64,000 nt of DNA, from positions 11,780,001 to 11,844,000 of the forward strand of contig NC_081331.1 of the NCBI RefSeq assembly GCF_022539665.2, in the 5' to 3' direction. A program made the translations under genes and the position numbers. The DNA is from Daphnia carinata. Taxonomy: Eukaryota. The notes under the pieces are model-generated. The model had not been told where the DNA came from. It made no database searches and saw nothing but the letters and a program-made list of their open reading frames with translations. Shown here piece after piece: positions 39,701 through 53,091 of the stretch (the first letter of the stretch is position 1; the number at the start of each line of letters is the position of its first letter).

Positions 39701-42700
39701 GCATATTCAAACAACGAGTAAACCACTCGGAGGTTCATGTTTCTCCGCATCTTGTGTCGTTGCCAAGGAAAAAAAAAAAAAAATAATAATCTTTCGACTG
39801 CACGGGGTGCACGGCCTTCAGGCAAATTGAATACTAAGTAGGACACGTTTGTGCGTGGCTTTGTTGGTTTTATCAAATTCAGTTGTACGACGAAGAAGAC
39901 AAAGAGTTGCCCCCCTCCTGTTAGCTATCGGGGCTCGTCCCTGGAATGTAGCGATTCTTTAGTTTGGATTACAGCTTGACTAGAAATGTTTTTGTACACG
40001 ACGAGATGTGTCGGGGAATGTAAAGCGGATATGCCCTTTGTCAAAGTTGAGTTGCGTTAGAAACTGAGGAAAAACATGAAGCGCTACCTCTCACTGCCGT
40101 CACGGTCAATTGTTTTGCACTTGGGTGTCATTGGTCAGCGATGGCAAAACACTTTCCGTGGCACCTGTCAGCTGCCCCAACTATCTTCCACTCTCTATAC
40201 TTATGTCTTCAAGAAAAATGAAATGAAAGACTCTGAGAGATGGAGGCGGGTTCGCTGGGTAATGATTGTCGTTATCGAATCCGTTGGTCATGCCAAACTG
40301 GGTAGCGCAAGGGCTCTTTGAAACAATGTCTTCTCGGAACGAAATTTCTGAGCTTCTTGACATTCAATACCAATTGGGTAGAGCGGAGCAACTGGACGCT
40401 AGAGAGAAACGAAGACAAGCGGATCAAAAGAGAAAAGAGGGAGGTGTACTTCTTTTTCTTGCTCTGCTTGTTTGTTGACTTGCCGTTTCTTTTTGTTTTT
40501 TTTTTCTACAACAACATCCGAGGGCGACAAGGCCACGCTTGATGGAAGTCTTGTTAATAAGGAATGCGAAGTCCCAAAAAGTCTAGGAAGTTGTGCAAGT
40601 GTTGCGCTATATAGAAAATAAGTTTGAAAAAGTTTGTTAAAAAAAAATGCCGAGTAGTTTTTCTTAACAAATTATAATTACTGATTCTATCGCGAGGGCA
40701 TCACCGCTAACGCTTTCGGAAAGGAAAACCTCATCAAAATCCTCTTAATACGTCTGATGTTTTATTTCCATGGGGTGCTGAGGATTATCACGCAAAGTGC
40801 AGATGGCGTATCTTTTAATAGAAAAATTTCGTTTTTTTAAATTAGAAGAGCCATGAAAACTGTTGGGAAACGATCGATTGATGCAGTTATCCATCACGCG
40901 CAGTTGCGGCAATTATTTAATGTCTCGCAGCGTCCCGCTTTTCTTTTTTCTTTCTTCTTTCCATGAAACTAAGAACGATAGAAATATCGTCATTATTGTT
41001 TTCTCTTTTTGTTGTGGTTTTGACATTGTAACTACTGTTGGTAGTCGGCTATACCATCACGCATCGTAGCTCGATAGGTTCAATAAAGCAATAAGGAGAG
41101 GAAATGTATTGTCATGTAGTTGGCTTGTTTGGATGCGCAAGAGGGGGTGGGGGGGGGAGGAGGAGGACAGGAACACAGTATATAATATATATATATGATA
41201 TAATGAACGTAATGAAGGCCAATCGAGGGTCGAATGTTATCTGCGTCTGTGTCGTCGTTATTGTTGTCTGCAGGGTGGGGTCCGGAATACCAGTCGCTTT
41301 TTTATATTTTTTTTGAAAAGAGGAAGAACGTTCCCTTCTTTTGTTTCACCTCCCTAGTCAGAATTCCATTGCAACGGGAGACAAAACAAAACAAAACAAA
41401 AAAAATACAGAAATAAGAAATTGATTTATATGTTTTGGTCGTTGCTACGCATTTGACTTTTGTTGTTACTGTTTTTTTTTTTTGTTTTTTTCCTTCTCTC
41501 GTCTTTTAAATGTCTGTTCATCGAAAGGCAGTGATGAATGAAATATCCTTCAATACCATACAACTAAGCCTTAGAATCTGGTCTGACGTAATCGACTTTA
41601 CCCGCTTTCCTATTGGCATGACTTTCTTCTTCATCGAAGCAGAAAAATAAAAAGGAAAGTTAAACACCCGCCCACACCCGGATGGTTTTCCTTGTCGAAT
41701 TTCAGCCAACGTCAGCCGCAGCAAAGCAGCTGATCACTAGCAGCTCAACATTGGATCGAAAAAGCAATCCCTCTAGCCGTCATAGCTACATATAGGGGCT
41801 ATATCAAATACATATTTATCTATTCCTTTTTTTTTTTTTTTTTTTTTTTGCTTGCTTTTTCAGTAGACGGGCAGGAGGTAACCGTGCGCACGTAACGATA
41901 ACAGATTATCCCTTGTGATGCCTGCATAGTCCCGTTTTAAATACGCTTGAGGGCAAGCAGCCGCAGACACACACACACAAAAAAACTATCCGAGTGCACA
42001 AGAGGTGTACACGACATGAAAATATTATCACACCCTACAATCCTTTATACCCTCTATAAAAAAAAAAAATATATCGAGTTTTTGAACATCGCGTAAGGGA
42101 ATGACATCGCATTGGATATTTTTCGTTTGGGGATGATCGTGTGGAATTTTTTTTTTTTTTATTTAAAATGCAAATCAATGGCCTCGCTCTTTTGTGTGTG
42201 CGTCTTTTGATTCAAAATTGTTTGGTGGGATTTTGGTAAATTTTCATTTGACGTGTTTGCGCGTTGGCGTTCCCACCCAAAGGCGTCAATCACGTTTGCG
42301 CTTGTGTGTCGTTGAAAGAGTTTTCATAGAGCTTTGCTTTTTTTTAGGTAGTTTATTTTATTTATTGGGTTTATGTCGAATTCTTTCATGGACGGATTTT
42401 TTTTTTCATCTACGTGGACGTACGTGAAGGCCTTCTAGCAACAGCGGCGGTAGGGGGATCGGAGGCGGCATCGCCAGAGACACGCATTCCGTTCATACAA
42501 TAGCTATAGAATAAAAGAGAATAAAAAAAAAAAAAAAAGGGATCTCAACTTTGCCGCTGGAACGCTCCCGAAAACTAACGCATTTCACAGACGAGACAAC
42601 AAAAGAATAGACGAGATGTTTGTTTGGAGTTATTCCGATAACGCAACGAATCATTGCTACTGTTTTCATCCGAATGAATTGTCAAAATAGCAAACAACAA

Positions 42701-44531
42701 CAACGAAATATGCACGTTGTCTATAATGCGAAAAAGAAAAGAAGAAATCCAACAGAGAATGAATTGTAGTTTATCCGGTAGCAGGCTATAGAACTCTATA
42801 AATTCGTGATGACGGTAATGATAATGATGACGGTTGCAACCGACAGAGATTTTCGGTTGCTTTGTTTTTTTTATTTAGTTTTTTAAATATCACTCTCTAC
42901 GCTTGTTCTTCTTCTTTTTTTTTTTTTTTTCTTTCTCATTTTGACTTCCCTATTTCTTGCTGCGTTTAAATTGCGTCCACAACTATGGGGGGTCTGACGT
43001 TACTACACGCGTTTTCTCCTTTGTGTTTCTGTCCGTCCGTCCTATTTCATTCCTGGTGCACTGGTTATTTTATTTTTTGTTTGGATATACAAAAGAAAAG
43101 GAAACACGAAAGATACGTTCATCATTCGTGTAATTATGAAGCGCTTTGTTGTACTGCAGACGCGGTCGTAACTCGGCTTCCTACCGAGACGAGAAGCGAA
43201 AAAGGGCAGAACGACATCAACAGTAAGAAGATGCGACGTCAAGGAGATAAGGAGGGGGGGGGGGGGGAGGGTTGAATTTTTTTGGTTAGGAAAATAACAA
43301 AAAAAAACTAAACAAATCGTGATGCCTTAACAAGTTTCAGTGTTTATAACCAACGGTGACGTGTCCTATACTGTAGAACACGAAAATTTTCCCCCTCTTT
43401 CTCATTCGAATTGCCACCGCCATTGAACTTCTCGCTTCTACCCCCTAGTCTCTTTCTTTGAGTTCAATCAATTAAGGTCGCTGGTGCACACGGAACGACC
43501 TCATTCCTCTTAGATTTTCATTCGAAACGCTTTGTTTTGCTGGGTTTTTTTTTTTTTTTTTTTTTTTTCTTGTTGTAATTTTACTTTTAAAGTTTTCATT
43601 GACCGTGTCGATTGCGTTTTAGTGAAAACAAAGAGAGCGAATGTGGATGAACAGAAAACAAGAAAAGTTAGGTGGCAAGTTTGGGGAAGAAGAATTCCCA
43701 CTCGCATGTTACGCCGTTAGGCGCCGTTGCCAATCCTTTTGGACACCCGTCGTGACCGCGGCGTCAGTTGGCGGCGCCGCTATCGTCACCCTCGTCTCAG
43801 TGATACCAACTAGACATCCGAAACACTCCTCGGCCTTTCTTACCTACAATTCATAATGTTCTTCTCTTTTGTAACATGGATACGCTCCTCTTTTTTTTTT
43901 TTTTTTAAGTATTTCCATCTGAGAATTCTCTGGGAAAAACGAGTGTTATTGGCTAAAAAAGACATTTCAGGGTCGATGGAAGCGATTCAGAAAAACATGG
44001 GGGCGAAGAGCTACTTTTGCTGTGATATTGTTTCGTCTTTTGATGCTTCGTTTTTACGTGTTTTTTCTACTACGTCGTTTGCCCTTTCTTTTTCTTCTTC
44101 TTGTTTCACGCAACCAGTTGGCCCATTGGACGCGTGTCGTTTGAAATCGGATAAAAACAATAACCAACGCAATCCTCCAAAGTGAACGAAAAACAGGAAA
44201 GAAAGCGGATTGCTTACCGAGCGGGAAAGAAACCCGCTGACAGTTTTCATACTGGTCGGGGGAGGGAGGGGGGGGGGGGGGGAAAGAAAGATGAAATGAA
44301 AGTATCTCGTGCGTTTGTTTTTCTTTCGCATCTCGTTTTATATCGCATTTTTCTTTTTCAGCAACCGACGAGATGACCAATGTGAAATTTTTCCACCGCC
44401 AATGTTATATTATTGCTATTTGTTATTATTAACCATACCGGAATTGCTGTAATCCAGCAAACTGATGCAGATAACTTGTTTTTGACTTTTCAAATAACTT
44501 ATGTTTTGCGTCTTGTTTCCTTTCGGTTCAG

Positions 44532-44663
44532 GTTCGGCTGGCACATTTCCTGCAGCTCTGCCCGTCCGCGTTCCAAATAGCTGAGCATAAGCGCCAAACG
44601 AACAGCATCTGCAGGTCATTCGACAGAGGGACGAGCCCGGAAGTTGCGGGATTCCTATCAAGG
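44532..44663 (+). other. Candidate internal exon of 132 nt; one open frame (VRLAHFLQLCPSAFQIAEHKRQTNSICRSFDRGTSPEVAGFLSR), coding status unknown
   Basis: Acceptor ttttgcgtcttgtttcctttcggttCAG| with an upstream TAAC branch-like motif, donor AGG|GTGAGT, GC-richer than its flanks, length a multiple of 3. Confidence 0.4.
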
Positions 44664-47600
44664 GTGAGTACGCACACATACAAAAAAAAAAAAAAAAAAA
44701 TCCTCTTCGTCTAGATGTTTTTAGCTTCTGTCAGTGTGTCTATATTTACGGTATGCATTGCGCGTTTTTTGAAGTCGACAAAAAAACAAAAAAAAAAAAG
44801 AGTCTGAGCAATTCAGTTAGGCTTACCAAAAAGGGCAATTGCGTATCGCCTTTCTTTCTCCAGTTTGCTGGAAGCGTACCAATAAAAAGTGGCAAAGGTA
44901 TTTCGAACGCAAACGTTGTGGAATGTTGAGTGCTTACAGCTTGTTGTACGTAGTGCGTCGGCGGAAAGGGGGATTAGCTAACTCTCGTCTGGCTACTCAC
45001 TTGACTCGTATCTCACTCTAAACTCTAAAGATATAAAAATTCCTATTTCGGGAACGATTTGAAACAAAAAAAAAAAATGGTGTACCATCTCTGTCGTCCC
45101 TTTCGAAACTGTAGAACTGGATAGAAAAGAGCGTGTGTGTTTTCAGGTGTTTGAAGAAGACGTCGAGTGTGCGATGCGGTCACACAGATCGTTCCTCTAG
45201 ATCTTGCGTTCCAGTTTGCAGAGGTCCCTCTCCAAATCGAAATGAAAGAAGCACAAGGTGAAGGGTGAGCGTTCGCATTATGACGAGCTTGGTAATCGTT
45301 TTCCGTCACGCTCCATTATCGCTTATAAAGATAAATCTCGCCGCATTTTCGATCTAGCAAGCACGTAACATCCCGCTCGATTCGTCTTCTTTTCCCGACT
45401 AATAGAAATATAAAAACATGGCTTTGCTGTGTGTGTGTGTGTTGGACGTATACGAGAAACAAAAGGACTTGTGTTTTGCGTCTATTTCTATCCTTCTCTG
45501 GCTCTTGAATAATGAAACGCATTCGTTATCGTCTACGTTTGGGAGCGATAATCTAGCGACATGAATGGCCACTTTATCCCCCCCCCCCCACCGTAGATGG
45601 GGAGGAGAGACGTCCCTGTGTCGGGGAGTCTTCGGTAAATCCATCGAACGCTGCACTCTCGATTCATCAAACATTCAAAGTATCTAAACAAGAGTAGAAA
45701 AAGGGAGGCGGCAGAGTTTCTGTTTGCTCGTAGCCAAACGTGTTTCTATCGAATTATCGACCGCTTTTAGGCCGATGGAACAACACACCTAAAAATGAGA
45801 ACAAATCTTTCTCTTCAAATAACAATTCGTTTTGCACGTGCTGGTACACCTGCGGGCACGTTTTGCTGGCCTAAACAATTAGCTTTGACGTCAGACGATG
45901 TGTGATTTAACTACACGCATTCAACAAAACGGTGAGACTTTGTGTGCGTGCTCGTCTGAGATGTATCGGAAAGGCATTTGTTTCTTTCCCCCCCTTTTTT
46001 TTTTTTGTTCCAGCGTACCATTCATCTCTGTCCAGCATGAATCTATAGGGGAGCTCAAAGTTGTTTTCTTGCGCAAAGATGATTACTGATGTCCGTGAAA
46101 TCGTTCGTTCGCCACCACTCTTACATCGTACTATCTACTTTCATTTTCAGCTGGCAGGAAAAATAGCCTTGAGCAATTCTAGATGAATTGTTGCTTCTCT
46201 TATTCATTTATTTTTTTTTATTTTTTCTTATTTTATCGTCGTGCGTTTTTATGGGCCACATTTCATGCGGGTTGGTAAAGAAAAAAAAAAAAAAAAATAG
46301 AAGTGGGGAATTGTTCACCTCTATCTGCCAAAACAGATTCCCGACACGACCATCAGCACCACCTGGGCTTCTTTTCATTGTCGCTGTGAACCAACAACAG
46401 GAAAAAAAATCTCGTTCACCAATCTAAATGAGATTTTCTTTTTTTTTTTTTTTTTTTTTCTTCTCCCTTTTTATCCATCACACCTGTTGACGGGGCGACG
46501 TGCTGTCCGGCAGCGTTCTCTTTTTCGATCGACACACGCAAACAAAAGGGGAAAAAAAAAATGCTAAAGTAAATAAAAATGAAAAAAAAAAAAAAAAGAG
46601 TTTTCAATTTTTTTTTTTTTTTTTTTTAAATAGATTGAAGCAAAGGAAATGTTAGTACATCTTTTGATGGGTCATTCGCACGGGAATGATGTTGGTCCAG
46701 CAGCACCATCGTCTTTTTTTTTCCCCCTTATCCGCTATTTCGTCTATGGGGCTTTTAAAACGTCACGAGTCATCACGATCATGCTTGAGGCTGGACATTC
46801 GCTTATAAAAACAAAACAAAAACAAATGTAGTAAAAACAAAAAAAGATGCAGAGAAGGAAGATGGTACTCTAGAGAGCGTCGTTTTGTTACGACGACGAT
46901 GATGATGATTACGATCGCAATGTGGGTCCCACAGAGGCGTCCCAAACCACCGTGATTCCCGACCCTGAGAAACGATTTGGTTGGAGCACGGGGTGGTCTC
47001 ATTCTTTTTATTCATGATAACTGATGAAGACGGGACAACAACAACAACAAAATGTAGGAAAACAAAAAATTACCGTGAGATTGTATTTTGAGACGCACCG
47101 TCGCGACTGTCGCCTCGACGTTTGCTTCCCGAAAATTGGACGCTGAGGACGCTAAAGATTTGACACGAACTAACGGGGCATTGCAGGCATTGCGAGAGAC
47201 ATCTAGTGAGAATAGCAGTTTCGGGAGAAGGTTGATGTTGGTGGGAACGAAATTTTACAAGCAAACAAAGAGAAAAATGATGCGCTTTTGAAACAGATTT
47301 GAAGTGTTGAATTTTCATTTTCGTTAGCTCTTTTTTTTGTTGTTGTTGGTGCGCGCATCGTGTGAAGGCCGTATAATAAATGATCGTCCTTTTGCACACG
47401 TTGCTGGAATTCTTTCGTCATCCATCTTTTTCCCCATCTTCTGCCCGGCACTCTCGTTCACTTGGAACCGTCCGTATTTTTTTTTTTTTTTTTTATGTTT
47501 GCGTACCTCCTGTACTTCTTTACTACTTGCGCCCAACTGTGGTGGTCGCTACATTCTTTAGACGTGATACACAAAAATCACCTCTTCTTTCCATTCGACC

Positions 47601-50600
47601 TCGTCGCCTTGGTGGCGCTGGGAATCGGTCGCCCGGTGTCATTTGTCTTTGGCCGTGTTTGTAGGTGCGTTGGTGGGCCCACTCCATGGCGTCACTTCTT
47701 ATATTTATTTTATTTATCTCTTCTCTTTTTCTTTTCTTTTTCTTTTCTTTTTCTTTTCTTCTTTTTCTTCTTTTACCCCAGTACTCTTAACATGCACACG
47801 CTCACCGGGTGGCGCACCTGTGGTTTTTTTTTTTTTTTTTTTTTTTTTACTTACGTAGCTCTTACCTGGTCCAGAGGGGGGTTAACATTACCACTCTACC
47901 CCTTTTCTTCTGACGCTGGAATATTGATGGTTCTGCTCTGTTTTTTTTTGTTTCCTTTTTTTTTTTTTTTAAAAAAGACACGACTACGTTTTTGTTCGAA
48001 TGAAGTACAACACAATTTTTCAACCCGGGGGATGTTGTCGTTGTTTTGTCGTGTTGCCCCTTTCACGATCGCTCACAGGTGACGATGTGACATCGAAAGT
48101 GAAAGGCGACCACACAACAACATTCCCTCCTTTTTTTTCGTTTGCTGAACAAGGATGACGAGACAAAAAAAAAACAAAAAAAAAAAACATTTTCGGTTTT
48201 TTTTTTTTTTTTTTACAATTTGGCGGGACTTGAGCCTCATTTCATTTGCCATTCCATCCCTTTTGCTGTCGCGCTCAGCTCGTTTTGCCGTTGATTACAC
48301 GATGGCGAGGCAACAAAGTTTGTGCTAACGAAATCGCGATGCTTAGTGTGGGGGGAGTCTGCCGATCAGTTTACTTCCATCTTTCCAACACCATTTTCCT
48401 TTTTTCTTTCTCAGTTAACAAACTTTTTGTTCGTTGGTGTTTGAGATTCTCGTGTCGACTTCCGACATCCGCCTCTTTCTTCAAGAAACTTGTGGCCTAA
48501 ACGGAAATGAAACTTTGGCTCAATTTGCAGTTTGACTGGAAATTCAAGTACTAGACGAGGGAAACTGATAAGCCCAGAGTCAAGCAATCAATTTTCCAAT
48601 CACATGTTTGCTCTGGCAACAGTAGCTATTATTCGTTGAGCTCAAAGCGTTTATTTGCCCAAAATTTAAAGACCAAAAAAAAAAAAAAAAAAGAAAGAAA
48701 GAAAGAGAGAGAGAAAAGGGGGAGATTGGATAGAAGCGCTACCTATTTCAACAATGGGGCCAGAGCAAAGAGATCTGCAAATTCGCGAAGGAAATGTAGT
48801 CTTTAGCCTACAGGCTTGATGGATGGGAGGGGGGTGGGGGGGATCAAAGTGATTCTTCTATCTCCCCTTTTTTTTTCCCGTCTGTGTTACGAGTGTTCGA
48901 TAACCGCGGACTTGAAGCGGAGAGAAAAGGGGCGGATGAAGTGGATTTTCACGTCTACTCCCGACGGTGTCATGCTGTCGTCGATTTTTGTTTTGTTTTG
49001 TTTGCTGTCCCCAGCGTTTTCCCCTATCTTTAATATCGTTTGAGGGGCGTTAGAGAAACAAATCAAAATCCAAAAAATTCAAAGAAAAAAAAGGAAAAGG
49101 TTTCTTTTTACATTCTCCATGCCGGACTGCGGTTTTCTCTTTATTTAAATCAATCGATTGACGTAGCCGTACAAGTTTTATACGGCGGAGGAAATCAATA
49201 CTTTCTGCTTACACCTCGACCTGCGGGCGGCCACAACCGACATTTCTCCTCAGCGCTGCGAGCAAGCAATAAGAAAAACAGAGGGAAATTCGAATTTAAA
49301 AAATGTTGTTGAAAAAAAAAAAAGAAAAAAAAAAAGAAAAAGAAATAATACGATGAGCACTTGACGGGTTTGAGTTGAATACGGCGCATAAATGATGTGC
49401 ATCAAGACTGTTATCGTAATCGGTTTAATGCGGTACCTAAATTAAAAATATGCAAATCAAGAGATACGACGGATTCGACGATACGAGTGCAGGTAACGTG
49501 CGTGACGGTGACCGCTGAGCCAAGTCGCTTCGATGACTTTGCCGATGACTGTTTGACGTGATCGCTGAAAACTGGTTTAACGGTGATGAAAACGAGTGCA
49601 GTCGTATATAGTCACACAGGAAGTTGCTGTTATGCGCTGCGGAGAGGGACAAAAAAAGAAGGACGAAAGAAACGACATTAAACATTTCCCCTTAAGGGGG
49701 CGATAGTGGCGTTACGGTAGGTACCGTTCAGGTGACCCAGCAGAGAGACTAAAGGCAGGCAAAACCAAACAAAACAAAACAAAAAAAAAAAAAATCAAGC
49801 GGACAATAAGCGCATCCCCCGGGCTCAGGATTTAATTCTAACTTTGGTAATGCGGTCACGATGGTAAAAAGGTGCTAGACGATGGCAAACGAAAAAGAAA
49901 AGACGAACCTAGCGCACAACTCGAGGTACGAAATGGAGCTGAAAGACAAGTAACTTAGTGGTACAGATGCCTGCCCTTTGAAATGAGAATTTCTCCATTC
50001 GATTGACAGTTCTCGGTATTGAAAGGCTCATCCTTTTCAGTTCCTCGCAACTGAACGTTCTTTGTTTTTCTTTCGCCTTCGAAAACTCCTCCAATTGTAA
50101 ATGAAATAAAAAAAAGAAAAAGAGCAACTTTGTTGACGTCTTGTAGACTTGTTGTTTTGGCCCTGTCTGGCAGAATCCGTCCAATTTGGGTTGTTCGTGA
50201 ACAATTTAGTAGTCTACGACAGTCCGCTGCTGACTAACGGTGGACGCTGGCGGACGGTAGAAGTAGAGTCGGAAGTCGAGGACACATTCTTTTTCATGGA
50301 AGCCGCATTACTTCATCTGTTTGACGTTTTCATTCCTCTCGTTTTCGTGTGCGCGCGTCCTAGACGCTGTCGACGGAGACTTCCGATACAATAAAAGCTA
50401 AACAAAACAAACAACAACGACAGCCAGGCCTCTTTCCGTGTGTGTGTGTTTGTGTATGTGCGTAACCCAAAAATATCCATGTTGAGGTCGATGGCTTCGG
50501 GGTTGCCCCTTCAACTCGTTCGAGTAAAAACTCTCGTTGACATTCCGACGCCGGCGGAAACGGTTGCGTCTTTTCATTTGTGAAAAGATTCTCACTTGAT

Positions 50601-51479
50601 GTCGGGTCGTGTTGGTATGTATATACGGCGGGGGTGGAATATCAGGGATGATGGGCTGGAGAGGGGGGGGGGAAGGAAAAGAGACAAACAAGGCAGCATG
50701 AAAAAGAAAATCAAAACTCGGGGATGTGTGACAGCTGACATGGAACAACAAGCACCACCATCTCCCGACAACACGCGACGCTCGAAAGACAAAACGTGGT
50801 GCCAGATCGAAATCGTTGGATTCCGCCGCACAATAGAAAACAAAAAAAAAAATGAAAAATGAAAATACAAAATTTGAGGGGGGAAGGAACGTGATAGCTG
50901 TCAAAGCGGGACCGGCCGACTCTTGTTTCAAACACTGGAAAAGAAAATGCAAATACCAAAGAAATAAACCGCCCTATAGTTGAGAAATAGGGAAACCCTC
51001 CTCTGCAATAGATTTCCATCCATCGATTTGAAAAAAATTAAAAAGGTGCTGTGGCGAATAGACTATTCGGATACGCCCGTCTCTCCTCCAATTTCTCATC
51101 AGCTAAAAAAAAAAAAAAATCCCCTCCCCCCCCCCCGGTTCACGTCTAATATTTCGTCTTATCGATAACCGATTATGCAATTCAAATTTTAATTATGTAT
51201 GTATACGGAAAGGGGAGAGCTTTATTGGGCTCCTTAATTAATAACGACGCGACACGGTTGAGGTTGTGCACTGTACGACCCTCAAGTCAAAAGATCGGAT
51301 GATTGTAGTGCATAAATAGGTAAGCAGCGCGCAAGAGTGTCTAGACGAGCTACTTCAGCTCTTTCTTTTTTTCCATCCATCCATCCATTTCTTTTGCTTT
51401 CGTAATGAGTGCATTCCTCGCCGCTAGAAACAACTACCATCTGTACGTTCTAGACGCTTGGCATGGCTATTGGGACAGG

Positions 51480-51513
<34 letters not shown>

Positions 51514-53059
51514 TTCATGAATGCGAAAATAACAACGAAAGTAGGAAAGAAAGCCCCCCCCCCCCCAAAAAAAAAAGCATTAAAAAAATGCCCGTGACCA
51601 ACTTTCGGGATTTTCGTGTCGTAGAGGGAGGGGGAGGTAGGGAGGACATAAAAACAAGGGAGAAAAGAGAGATGACGTAGTAGACAAATATACACAAGTG
51701 CACTACTTATGTGACTATGTTTAGAATCAGTGCTGGTGCAAGAGAACATCATCGGTCCGGGGGGGGGGGGGGGGGGAGGTAAAACGTCAACTCTGGCTGG
51801 AAGTTTTTTTTTTTGTTGGGTAGATTGCGGATGAGTCGTAGGTCTTAAGATTCTGTGAATTGTACCGAGAAGGAAGGCGTAGAGGGCACACAAACAACAT
51901 AGAAATGCCTCTCACTAAGAGATTACTGTACGGTTTTAACGAGGGTTACCGCCTTCCCGGCAGAGGTGATGACGGCTATCCTCTATCTTCTTTTTGCTCT
52001 GTATATCAGCATTCGTTCTTAGACCACCCCCCTCTCTCTTTCGTTCAATTCCGTCTTTAACATGTGCATGTGTTGCGCTCTTGTGACAGTTCATCATTTT
52101 TTTTTTTTTCTTGATGCTGCTATTCCCCCCCCCCCCTCTATTTAAGGCCTACGTGAGTTTAAACAAATATCGTGATGCAAAGAGGGAAACGGGAAAAAAA
52201 GAGAGGGAGCAATTCGAGTTTTTCCACCCTCGTTCAGTCCTTAATGATGCAGCGAAATGAACTCCCCTCCCGTTGGTCTCAATCTTTTGCGCGAGGGGAA
52301 GACTAAAATTCCTGGAACGTTCGAAAATTTCAGATTGCAATTCTGAGGGAGTAGCGAAAATGTGCGTCTCGGAGCTTTTCGAACCGAGAATTTCGGAAAT
52401 GAGAAGGTGAGGGAGAACTAAGTAATAATCCACCATGGAACGAACGCTCCCTTTTTCTTTTTCCCCCCGAAAAATAAGAAACGTGGACAGAAATGATTTT
52501 TTGATGATAAACCAAGTTAAAAGAGAACGGGTTCTCGGCTTTTTAATAATCGAACCTTTAACAGACCAGTGCATTTTTTTTGTGCATAATTTTTGCGCGA
52601 CATGAGAATGTATGAAAAAAAAAAAAAAAGAGCGAACGTCACAACTTGCATTCAATGTTGTCTGTTATCCTTTTCTTCGAAGAATCCATCTCATTGCACG
52701 CTTCCCTTTATGCAGATGAGTTTGCTGTGATGCGCAATAACGCATCTCTCTTTTTCTTGTTCGACTTTATCCGTTCCAAGTGAATTCACGCGGATAAAAA
52801 GCCAACGGTTTCTTTTTTTTATATATCCCTCAACTATTTCATTTGAATGGTGTCACCATTGATACTTTTGTCGTCGCATAACCATAGAACTCTCGGTTCT
52901 TTTGTTACTCTTTTTCTCTGTGTGTGTGTGTGTACGTGTGTGTGATGGTGCTATGCGTTACATAGTCGGAGAGGCGGGAAAGGCGGCTCCGATCGGAATT
53001 GGATGGAATTTCAGACTGTGTTCGTCGTCTGGGCTCTCTCCTCTCTCCCTTCTTACTTC

Positions 53060-53062
<3 letters not shown>

Positions 53063-53090
<28 letters not shown>
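53063..53090. repeat. (GT)14 microsatellite
   Basis: Read directly from the sequence. Confidence 0.95.

Positions 53091-53091
<1 letters not shown>

Noticed and set aside
47462..48082. 206 aa Phe-rich ORF resembling a membrane protein
   Set aside because: Hydrophobicity comes from T homopolymers, the start is not ATG and no domain is recognisable.
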